DNA from: Entomortierella parvispora E1425
Lineage: Eukaryota; Fungi; Mortierellomycota
DNA length: 64,000 nucleotides
Assembly (NCBI GenBank): GCA_020891255.1
Contig: BQFW01000012.1
Span: 2,232,001 to 2,296,000, forward strand
Direction: 5' to 3'
The notes under the pieces were generated by a model, which ran no database searches, was not told the origin of the DNA, and was given only the letters and a program-made list of their open reading frames with translations. The position numbers and the translations under genes are program-made. Below are positions 1-11,372 of this stretch, one piece after another (the stretch's first letter is position 1; each line of letters starts with the position of its first letter).

Positions 1-305
1 TTGCGGGGCAACGGGCCAAAAAAAAAAAGGAAGAAAAAAAAAAAACTCAAAAATGAAATGATGGGTGCTCGCGTGAATGGACCGCTCTTCCTCTGGGTAA
101 CAAGACTATGTGCGATGAGGAATTGGAATCCAAGGGAACGAATGAAGTGAAACAAAAAGACAAAAAAAGAAAGAAGAGAAAAAGAAAAGAAAGCAGCAGA
201 AGAAGTATCTACAAGAAAAAAAAAAATGGTTGAGGTATCAAAAGAGAAAAGTGGGGGAGTATAACGGTCAAGAGAGAGATAGGAACAACGGAAAGGAACG
301 ACCTC

Positions 306-3300
306 TTAGGATCGGCGCACTTCTTCAGAGCTCAAGCACAAGTGATCAATGGCCATCAGCTCTCGCACGGATCCTCGTCGCTTGGACATGAGCGATTGCA
401 TGTCCGCTTGACTCTGGTGACCTGGGTTGCCGGCGCTTATGTATCCTGCCGTAAAAGAGGCCACGCTTGAAGAAGCCGACGGAGGAAGAGGAGGTGAGGA
501 GGTGGATGTACCATTGCTGTTGTTGCTGTCCCCAGGGAAGATAGGTGAAGACGATGAGGAAAAGTATCCGGAGCTTCGACGTTCTGCCTTCAACTGAGTG
601 TTGACCTTAAGATGGTGACCCTGATGGTCCAAGTGGGCATGGAGAACCCCATCGACAATCATATCTTCATCCACCATGAGACCATCGCGCGCTGCTTCGT
701 CCCCACCGTCAACATCATCATCATCGTCAAGCTCGTCTCTCTCCGACGTTGGTTCAGAGGTCGTTGAGAAATCCATGGAGTATCTCTTGTTCCGATAGGA
801 AGTTGAGCCCAAGTCATGGCGTCCATTGCCGTTTGAATAACCATATCCGCCGCTGTAGCTATGGTTGTGTGCCACTGGATGACCACGTGAAGTTGGCGAT
901 GTTGGTGAGGTCTCATTCGAAGTTGGGTATCTGGGGTCAGTTTGGTACGAATGGTGTGGATAATGTTGCCCAGGGCCGGCAGAGTACTGGACATGAGGGT
1001 GTTGGTGATGCTGGGGGGATCTCTTTTCTCGTTCATCGTCATGCTCCGACCCGTCACCATGCTCTTCCTCCTTCACATGGCCCAAGGTGCCCATGGCCGA
1101 GTATCGACGTGCCAAGTTGGTCAACGAAGGCTGAGGAGGAGGCGGGACAGGGGAGGAGCTGCTTGATTCAGAGATCAGGGTCTTGATCACCGCATCCTCA
1201 ATGTCGTTGCTGCCCCCCCTCTCATTTCCAGAGCCAGACCGTCCAGATCCAGATCGAGACATGGCCTCGCCACTGCCGTCCGATCCTCTACGTCGCTGAT
1301 ACTGGTGGCGATCATCATGGCCCTGTCTGAAGTCGTCCTCTCCCAGTGCATCATCTTCACCATTGTCCTCTTCCTTGCTCTGGACCACAACCGTGTTGTT
1401 GATGTTGCTGAGCGAGGACATGGAGTGATTCGCTCGATGACCAGGGCCGCCTGCGCTTCCAGGCATCTCTCGATGACGCTCTGCCAAGTTGGCAAGCTCT
1501 GTCAGAGCCGAAAGTGGACCCATATCCAGCGATCGATGGTGTTCGTGTCCACGGGTATATCGTCCTGGAGTCTGTTCGGACTCGTGTCGCGGGAAGTTGG
1601 GTCGAGGCAAAGCATTGTGCAGCGACTGAGGGGGCAGCTGTGGGTACTGCAGGTTGTATGGGTGGTGTGGGGGAGGAGGACCATAGGAAGGATGTTGTGG
1701 GTGATGGTGGTATCCTGGGTACATCTCATAAGGCTCCTGTGGACCACTGCTCAGAGACGAGGACCGTGTGAGCTTCATCGGAGGGGACATGGACGAAGAC
1801 GAACCAGATGAGGTAGCAGTTGTCATGGAAGAAGGTGAGACCATGGCCGCCATGGTCGAAGCCACGTACGACTGCTGCTGCTGCTTGTGGAGGGATGGGA
1901 TCCCTGGAAGGTTGGGTCGTACTTGTCCTGGAGCAGGTGGTGCTCCAATAGGTTGCTGTGGGCCAGAACGGTCTGATCCGAGCGAAATGGATCTAGACAT
2001 GTTCGAGGCATACTTTAGCGAGATGTTCGCATCTGGTGTCATGGGTGGAGTTGGAATGGTCCGTGGATGATATCCTGGCGCTGCAGGAGATCCGTGCCCA
2101 TGTTGTTGACTGTGGTGATTGTGCTGCTGCATGCTTGCCTCTGCCGAGAAGTCTCTGGATCCACTCCTTCCATGAGCGTGATGATGGTGGTGATGGTGGC
2201 TGTGGTTATGGCTGTGGTGATGAAGACCATTGTGTGGACCCTTGGGTGAGAACTCGAGGGACGGCATCGAGTGCCGACGCTCTATCGTTGCCGAGAGTCA
2301 AAAGAGATTTAAAGAGAGTTTAGTTGACGATGAGCCATGACGGTTGCACAGGTACAGACAACATGGGCGCAGAAGGCTGCTTGCTCACCATATGGATCGA
2401 ACCGGTTGTACCGCGAGCTGGACGGAGAGGTCGCGGAAGTGGGCGAAGCCAAGGGCGAGATGGCGCCGCTCTCTCGATCGCCCTCTGGAAATGACATTTG
2501 CAACTCTACACACAAAAAGAAAAAAGAAAAAAGAAAAATACCCATCAAAAGAAAAGGTCATGTCAGCAGAGAACACGCGCGAAAGGACCATGTTGCACTC
2601 CTCAGCCCATATTTTTAGAACAAGGACTGTACAGCCCAGAAAGCAAATACGCTACCTGATGGATCTTGCAAACTCAGTCTCCTCCTCTTGCGTTGCATGG
2701 ACGTGTTGAAATGGTTTTTAATCGCGTTATCTGGTCGACCAGGCATGAGTTTGGACATTTCAGCCCACTTGGACCCCAACTGAGCAAACAGCTTGAAGAT
2801 CAACTCATCTTCCTCCGCCGTGAACGGTGACTTGTCAACTACAGAAAGGAAAGAAAACCATAACGACAAGAGAGGAAAGTAAAAATCAGGGGCAAGTTGT
2901 GTTTGTGTTAGTTTCAATGGTGTCACCATTGGAGTGAGAGGGGGGGGGGGGGAGGGCCAAGAGAACGGCAGGAAAGGATTGAATTCGAGGGATGGGGGAG
3001 CAAGTCAGAAAACGCCAATGGTTTGAAGGGACAAGGTCCTTATTTTTTGAGTTCCCCTTCTCCCTTTTTCGGTTTGGGGGTTCCGTCGACTCTCCCATTC
3101 TTCCCCTCTTCTTTTTTTCTCAACGGCTCAACTGTTATTATTGTTTGCATTCATCCTTCGCGTGTGCGCACGCACTGCATGCACACCCAGCATCTTCTCT
3201 GACTTACTCTTGGGATCGAGATGGTTATGCCAACGTTCTCGACATTGCTTGCCCGTCCTGGATCCAAGTCGGCTGGCAATCAAGACCCACTTCTCCGCAC

Positions 3301-6300
3301 CGAGCTCGTGCACCAATGTCCGGAGCTGTCGGTCCTCCTATTATGAATTGTGTTCATTGTTGTCATCCGTTTTATGGTTCATGGCAAGAATCGAAGAAGC
3401 GGTTAGAGAGAGGCACAAAAACCACAAGGAAGCATCAGAGCCGTTGTTCTGCAACTCTCGTGAGGGTGGGTGCACAAAACATTTTTTTGTATTTTTTTTT
3501 TTTTTTTTTTGGGAGCGGGGGAGAAAGGTGAAGGTGGGCGATATAGAACATGTGCAGGTACAGGCTCCAAACAACGATCAAAAAAAAGGGGGGGAGTTGG
3601 TTGGTTTACCTCCGGTGTCCATGGACCTTTGATCGATCTTGGCTTGGAAATCATTCTCCAACGTTGAAGGCAATGGTCCTTGTCTCGAGAGCCGTCAGGA
3701 AAGCAAAATTCTGCGATACGCTTCCACGCTTTGCCGTTGAACTTGACGACAGCTTCGCGAAGTAAAATATCCTATGGTGGATAAAGGGGGTGAAACAGGG
3801 CAGGGTGCGATTGAAGTGGAAGAATATCGATGCAGATGTGAAGGAGGCGAAGATGTCGAGGCAGATTTGCAAGTGGAGGGGATAAACAGTGAACAGTGAA
3901 TGTGGAAGGGAAAAGAAGAGTAAAGAAAAGAAAGAGGCAATGGGGAGAAAAGGTAGATAATAAGTCACAGGTTAGAAGGTGTGTGCATTGAGCAAATGTG
4001 GTGAATGGGGGGAATGGTTGGTGTGTGCGTGCAAGGAGATTATTCGGCGAGCTTGCTGGCTGTTGAGCAGTTGAGCCATGACATGGTCATAGCCATTTAA
4101 TCCCTTCACGCACTCCCGAGAGAAAGGGGCGGAGGAGAACAGGAAAGACCGTCATGCTTGATTGGGCTGGAGACAGCGAACGGGGGGTAGGGGAGGAACC
4201 AGAGGGAAGGGAAAGCCTCTTTACTCTGTGTGCGGACCGTTAGGGCGTCTCTCTCTCTTGTGGTTTGTTGGTGAACACAGCACTGGCACAGAATGTGGCA
4301 ATGGGAAGAAGGGCCAATCGGGATTGGGAAAGGGCAAAGTGCTGAGCAAAACTGAGCACAGGGAACAATAAGAGAGGTAGCAAAAAAAAAAAAAAAAAAG
4401 AGAGTCCGTTGACAACTGAAGCAAAGGTGAAGGTCAGGTTGGACTCAATGAGGGTGTGGGAGGGGATTGTTGGAAATGTTGCGTATGTAGGGCTATAAGT
4501 GGCGAGTTCTCGGTAGTGATTTGCAAAATCAAAAAGAGGGGCGACACCGGAAGGGGAAAGACGTTGGAGGCGAAAGGAATGAAGGAAGAGGGTGGGCACA
4601 TGAAATGTGGAAGAAGGATATAAGAAGGGCGGGGCAAAGTGAAAAGAAATGGAAGAGGAAGCAAAGGAACAAGAGAAAGGAAGAAAGACAAAGAAGGGGG
4701 AATGAACAAAAAGAATGGGTCGAACATGGTCACCATGGTCAATCCACAGCGGACCAAAGGGCGCAATGGACCATACCCCAGCCACAAACGGCACGAAAAA
4801 AAGACATCGATTCAGGGGGAAAGGATCTTTTTCCGCACCACAGCAGTTGCGGACGATGAAGGAAAGAACGAAAAAAGGGGGGGATGAGGAGAGAGAGAGC
4901 GAGAGAGGGGATATCAACCGAATGTGCATTCCACTCTGTCTGTGTCCCTGATTCAGCACCACAAGGGTGAGGGCGAAGGAGCCCTTGAGGTCGCGAGGGA
5001 GCGAGCGAGAGAGAGCGCGCGCGCGAATCTTCAGAGTCATCTGCAAGACCAAGAATCCACTCAACCTCATTCTCTGCATCCCTGAAATACAAATACAATC
5101 ACCAACGCGCGCACACACGGCAAAAAACAGGCACGCATGCTGATAAACAGCGTCAGCACCACCACAACAGCGCAACAACAAAGAAAACAAACCGGTTGTC
5201 AATCCGATGCCTGCCCTCATTCTTTCCAGCAGCGGTCCCAACGATGCTACCGACAGAACAGAAACAACAAAAAACCACTTGATGGTACCTGGTGGTCGAA
5301 CATTGATCAAATCGATTTTTCAACACCATAACAGCCTCCTCACTCGTCACCACCACATTATGACCCTTGGAGAGTGCAGGTGTCTGAGCGCACACCATGA
5401 CCATGACTGAACGAATAAGGTCAAGGGGGAAAGGAGGGCAGGGCAAAGAATGAAGACGGACATGAGGAAAACAACAGGGCAGGCACAAGAAACTCGTGCT
5501 GGCCCGTCACGCCGTTATAAAGACACAACTCTTACCTCTTGGCGCGTCCACTTGATGCCGCCTTCGTCTCCAGACTCTGCGTCTGACGAGCCATCCGAAT
5601 CCATATTTGTATCTACGCGATGATACGCGTCCAAAGACGGACCTGAACCATTCTGGGACGCCATGTGCATCGACATGGAACCAGCGAACTGCATCGGGTA
5701 GCAGGCTTGACCATGTGGCTGCGGTCGAGGGCCAAGGATTCGGTGGGGAGATTGATGATAGGGAGATGTCTGCAGGTGGGAATGGCTTAAAGAGTGAGCA
5801 TGGGCACGGACAAGTTTACCGCCACCCGCGCGACCGTTGTTGACGCTGGTGCCATTGTGGCTGAGAAGTGAGGTCGATCCCTGCCTGCGATGTTGGTGCT
5901 GGTGGTGATGGATTTGCCCTGGTGTGAAAGGATTCTGCAGGGGTCGCTGCACGGTGTTGTGGACAGGTTGAATCTGATTGTACCGTTGGTGGGGGTATTG
6001 CTGCTGTTTCTGTTGTTGTTGACAAGATTGGGAAGCAGTGCTCAGATGTCTGTCGTCGCGTTGACCTTGTTGCATCTGTTGAGGATGAAGATGAAGCATG
6101 CCGTCACCCTCGTTATTCCTCATCTCGACCATCTCTGCACTACTGTTGCTACTGCTGCTGCTTCTTCGACTGCTGTTGTTACTGCTCATGGTGTGGCTGT
6201 CACTGGTCGAACTGTTGTTGATGTCGTCGTGACCATCGGGAAAAGGCAACGAGGGCGGAAGTGCACTGCCGCCGTTGCTGTTGCTGTTGCTGTTGTTGTT

Positions 6301-6810
6301 TTTGTTGTTGTTGTTGTTGTTGTTGTTTCTGCTATGGTCCATGCTCTGTGTTGCAACACCATGCAGCATGCTGGGATGTGTTTGTTGTTCGCGCAGCTCC
6401 TGTTCTTCTTGAAGGCGTCGCTTTTGCATCCGCTCCTTTGCCTGCTGTTCGAGAAAGCGCTCGCTTGGCTGCAATCGATACGGCGGCTGATGTTGTGATA
6501 AGGAAGGCTGCTGGTGTTGTTGAGGTGGCCGGTGTGGATCAGTTGGAGGGCTATGGTATGAAGAGTAGCTGTAATGTCTCAAGTGCTGTGCTTGTTGCTG
6601 TTGTGATGGAGATGGAGGCTGCTCCCGGATCGAACCATTGTCTTCGCTGTGATAGCTACCCCTTCGGTGCTCGGGCTCTGACTGGAGATGGTGGTAAGGA
6701 TGCGGGTACTGCGGTGGATATTGTGGATATTGTCGATGTTGTGGGAACTGGTCTACAGAAAACCGACGGATGTGCTCTGGGATCATACTGGGCGATGTGA
6801 TCGGACTCAT
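306..6810 (-). CDS. Three-repeat (R1R2R3) Myb-family transcription factor, about 1280 aa, with long His/Gln/Ser/Asn-rich disordered N- and C-terminal regions
   Basis: Exons (minus): 5536-6810, 3610-3771, 3208-3337, 2656-2838, 2389-2505, 306-2281. All introns are GT-AG and the phases match (total 3843 nt). Spliced repeats: R1 KWTRQE|[44 protein letters not shown]; R2 KGPWTPE|[42 protein letters not shown]; R3 [44 protein letters not shown]2 and R3 match the c-Myb-type consensus. Confidence 0.9.
6274..6326. repeat. Coding microsatellite (AAC)n/(AGCAAC)n encoding poly-Asn and SN repeats in Myb exon 1
   Basis: gttgctgttgct...gttgttgtt on the plus strand translates as [18 protein letters not shown]. 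Confidence 0.9.
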
Positions 6811-9800
6811 GTTTCTGTGAGTTTTGAACGAGTGAAAAAGGTGGAGCGATTCGGCGGTGTGATGCTGAAAGAGCGATACAACACAGGCAAGGTAAGGTGT
6901 CAGAAGGAATGGAGAAGGTGAAGCGAGTGTGCGTGCGTGTGTGAAAGAAATGAAGATGAAGTGAACAGATGGTGGACCTCCTGACGAAGATCTAAACCGA
7001 AGGGTGCGCGCAAATGCAATAGATTGACAACAAAGATGTGGAAAGAAAAAAAAAAGCAGTTAGGCAAAATGAATCATTGCCTTTTGACAAGTGCACTGAG
7101 CAGCAAGGATATCTTTGAAGGAAAGAAAAAAGTCCAGCCCAAGGGGAAAAGGCAAAAAGGAGGAAAAGCAAAGGTCAAATGCAGGAAGCAGATGAAAGGG
7201 GAGAGGGACTTTCTCAATGGATTATCGATCCTTGCCTTTGTCCTTTCCGACTTCTTTTCGCGTCGCGAGAAAAGGAACGAGAGAGAAGGAAGAATCCTTC
7301 GATCTCATTTCTCTCTACGGAAAAAAAGCAAAGAGTGGGACAGGAGGACAAGCCATGAGGTCTGGCAAATGGGCGGGCGCGCTGCACCAAAAAGTTGTTT
7401 TGATCGATGTCGGAGGGTACGTGCACTTGCATGGGACATGAAGAGCTGCATGTGTGATCGTCGTCCGCTCCCTCTTGACTTTCTTTCTTGCCATCCCATC
7501 CATTCGATTGTCACCCAGTGCACACCAGACCCTCGCCCCCTCGATTTGTTTTTAGAAATGAAGGAAGTATTGTTTGTGTCAACCATTGAGATGAACAGCT
7601 TCTCAATCCTTGCCTCAAACTTACTTTCAGCCGATTGAGGTTTACTGCCAAGGCACAATTGATGTGTCAAAAACAGTGGCGCCAATGCAGTTTGCGGGCC
7701 AACACTGCGACAAAAGAGCAGAAACGAAGCTGATCACCGAAACATGAAGATTCCGGTGTTGAACGGATAAAAGGGGGTGGTGCAACCATTGATTAGGAGC
7801 AACAGTCAACGTTTGGCGGACACATTTGCTTTCGCCAAACCTCCAACCAGACAGCCAATATCCCCTGCTCGCCATCATGACAAATAGGCCAACTTTCTGA
7901 AATGTAGGAACAAAGAATGCTTTGAATAACAAGAAAAGAAGCACAGGTGGTCTCTTGCTCCTTTAGAACCCTGGCATGAATATATGCACCACTCTTCTAC
8001 TCTACTGCTCGAGTTCACGGGAAACCCTGGACAAAAAACAGAGACACAGAGAAGGAGAGAGAGAGAAAAAGGCAAACATTCATCATGCTCGATGACGACA
8101 AGGTACATACAAGTGGGTAAGCGCCCAACCATCGCCATCTTCCAGAACACAAAGAGGAACTAGGGAGGAGGATTTCAGGGCTCATTCGACTGACTTTTTA
8201 TCTTTAGGCAGAGGGAGGGGAAGGGGAGGATGAGGAGAAAAGCAAGAGGATTGTCAACAAGGACAACAGCACACATACAACAAGTAAACAGAAAAAACCA
8301 CACTCGTCTGTCCTCTCCCGCCTTGCCTGCAGGTCCCTCTTTTCAACAGTGCAACAGTTCATCCTCTTGCCCAAAGCGCAGAACGACTGACCAACGACAA
8401 TGTAACAAGCCCGCGTAACTTTCAAAAAGATAAAAAAAAAGAGAAAGAATAATAACGTACCCCTTGGCATAGGTAAGCACCCAAAAGAAGCTTACGACAA
8501 CCACAGTTTGGAAGTACATCGCCTCTTTCAAAGAGTCATGTTGTCCCACGAACAAAAGGAAATAGGGCAAAAGGAAGAGGAAGGAACAAACGCGTCAACG
8601 ATCCCTCTCACAATTTTTTTTGTTGCCTTTGATTGGCTGTGCTCGACGCGTTTTTTGTATCTGCACATCCCAGTTTTTGTCGGAATTCAGCAGCAAACCC
8701 CCCCTCAGTTGCTGACTAAACGAAGCTCGAGCGAGAACGGAGGAATAGGGGGCTCAAGAAGTAGAATCTCACCCTGCCCATCAGTGAGCCTCTTTGCATG
8801 AAAAACACTCTCCATCTGCGCTCACCCCTAGTTCTGGGCTAGTAAAAAAAATACGCCTTGCACAGACAAAAAAAAACATTACGGTATGTGCCTTACACGC
8901 GTGATGACGACCGGCAGTCGATACAAAGGACAGGGGAAAGGGCCGAAGGTGAGTACAAAGGTACAGGGAACGAGAGAAACAGAGATGGAGGGGGTGGGAT
9001 TGAAAACTTTGAAGGACTTGTGAATGAATTGTTGATGTAACAAAAAGGACAGGGAGAGAAGAAAAGACGAGTTATTTCGGTGCTCTTGTCGATTATATGC
9101 ACGCACCATCACGCTGAGGAAACAATGCAAAGGGATCATCAACTCAAACTTCACAATTACCAATCTCTTGTCTACAAACGAGTGATAGATTGACCCCGGT
9201 AGGGCGGGTTGTCTGTTACTGGTCCACCCTCCCCATCCCTTCAGCAAAAGCAGTAAAAAAAACTGCTGGATCAACAGCAGGAGATATTTTTTTTCTTTTT
9301 CATGATCTTTTGAGTACTTGTTTCTCCCGGAGGATCGACCATAAAAATCCTCCTTCTATGCATGAAGAGAGATCCCCGGAACCAGTTCAATCGCGTAATG
9401 ACGCGCAACAGCGATACACTTGGCAAAGAACTCGAGCAGGGAGACTTTGGACACGAGTTGATCGTGTCACCCACGCCCTTCCATTGTGCGACAGCGGGAA
9501 TCGGCTTTGACATTATATTGCAGGATGGGTTTAGAGAGAGGATTTCCCTGTCAACAGGGGGAGAGCAGGGTCCGCTTGCCCTCGATGCCGATCTTACCCT
9601 CGAGCTACCGTCCTCTCACAAACCTACGAAAAATAATATGTGCCCCTTCAGTCTACAAATGTGAAGCACTGCTCCTACTGTCAACCTCCAAAGACAGACT
9701 TCAGACATGGGCTCCTTATTTGCCCACTCCTTGTGGGGCTGCCTCAAGTTGTATCAACCCGCATGGGATAGTTGATTGAACGCTCTCTGCTTTACTTCTT

Positions 9801-10157
9801 TTTGACCGTCTTTCTCCCGTCTTTATCACCAATTTTGCTTCCATCTATCCCTGAATGCCATGGAGTTTCTAGGTGGCTCTTAGTCAGACTCCTCGCGATT
9901 TCCCTGTCCTGAGATCGCTTCATCTTCAAGGCGCTTGCACGGTCACATGGGTTAGGACGCAGTAATCCCCAACTGTCGATATAACCAAAGTGTCCTCCGC
10001 CCAACTTTAAACAAGCAGATCTTCAATCATGAAGCCGCATTGTAGCATGTTCTGAGGTCACCCATCCAGTTTCAAAACTATCTTTGAACGATCGAATTGT
10101 TTTCTGCCGCTGCTGTATTTCTATTGAAAAATGATGTGTTTTTTGTGCTAATCCGCT

Positions 10158-11191
10158 TTAAGCTCTGGGGTTGTCCTCCGAGGGCTCGGGCTCAATGAGC
10201 TTCTCCTTGAGCAAAAGATCCTCGAGCTCTCCAGACTGGTGCATGTTCACCATGATGTCGCAACCTCCGACGAACTCGCCGTTGATGTAGACCTGGGGGA
10301 TGGTAGGCCAGGAACTAATAGATAAAAAAAAATAAAAATGAAAATTAATAAAAAATAAGCCCTGGTCACATCCATGGAGACAAAGCTTTTCAAGTCATTT
10401 TTCACCATTGATGTTGGTTCCTTACGAGTACTCCTTGATTCCGCTGCGAAGCTCCTCATCAGCCAAGATGTTGAAGCTCTTCAAAGATTTTTGCATATCA
10501 ACACCTATTTCCATTGATTCAAAAATAAAGAGATAAATCCTTGTCAGAAACTTGTAGTCTTCTTACTTTGACGTCCATAATCATATTCCATGGAAACCAT
10601 TCCTTACCCTGAACGGTGAGAATCTGCATGACGGCGCGACTGAATCCGCACTACCAAGATGAAAAAAGAAGAAAAAAAAACCGGGCCAAGATTGAGTCAC
10701 GAGATTCTGGATCGCAGAGTTGCCTCTCCCCCGTTTTCAAATGGTCAGGACAAAGTGAGAACAGAAGCTTACCATGGGGGCGTCAGGGGTTCCCTTCATG
10801 AAGACAACAAGCTTGTTGTTATGGATGGCCTACAGGTATACAGTATGCAAGGGATTAATACAACGACTTCGCAATTTTTCTTTTATGGTTCAGGACTGAT
10901 TCCTAATCAGAGCTGAAGTCAATCTTCCAATCGACCTACATCCTCAATGGTCTTCTTGGTGGAGTCCGAGAGGTAACGAACTGCAAAGCTGGTGGCAGGG
11001 AGAGCAGAGCGACGGGTCAAGAAGTGGCTGCTGGGGCGGATGGCCTAGAATTCCAAGGAATGAGCAATCGACAGTCAGTGTGATGAAGAGTTGATCCAGC
11101 TTCCGTAGACATCCATTGTCGTCTGCAAGGAGGGCACGATCACGAGAAAGACAATTGGCCATACCGAGGATGCGCTACGGAGGAAGTTCAT
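10158..11191 (-). CDS. GRX5: Mitochondrial monothiol (CGFS-type) glutaredoxin, 155 aa
   Basis: Absent from the ORF track. Six exons: 11165-11191, 10940-11044, 10773-10829, 10608-10650, 10426-10504, 10158-10314 (468 nt). The product has an Arg/Ser-rich acid-free presequence ([22 protein letters not shown]), then [12 protein letters not shown]|[41 protein letters not shown]. Confidence 0.96.
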
Positions 11192-11372
11192 GTCGATGGA
11201 GCTGTATGTGCTGCGAAGAAGGGGCAGAGAAGAGAGAAGGAATGGACAAGTGCATGGGGACGTGAGATCTGCTTGCTCCGAGAAACGACAACCGTGAAAA
11301 AAGCACCGTCACATTTCCGGTGGGGGTGTGGGGTCATCTATGAATTTTATTGTGCTATAGAGTCTATATGTA

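Noticed and set aside
749-2323. Plus-strand ORFs antisense to the Myb last exon, and similar antisense ORFs over MED16, TPI1, RlpA, MINDY and the Myb/SANT-like gene
   Set aside because: Expected shadow ORFs of GC-rich or low-complexity coding sequence; no independent motifs.
4240-5310. 356-aa minus-strand ORF
   Set aside because: It lies inside Myb intron 1, starts at a non-ATG codon, and its Phe/Leu/Ser-rich translation reflects pyrimidine-rich DNA. No domain motif.
8343-8570. Possible small secreted peptide (MYFQTVVVVSFFWVLTYAKG...; another frame has ALGKRMNCC...EKRDLQAR)
   Set aside because: The donor (phase 2) and acceptor do not join the signal-like part to the Cys/KR-containing frame, and the intron would be only 42 nt.
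9190-10004. Several 70-106 aa ORFs on both strands
   Set aside because: No recognisable motif, no consistent splice chain and no codon-bias impression.
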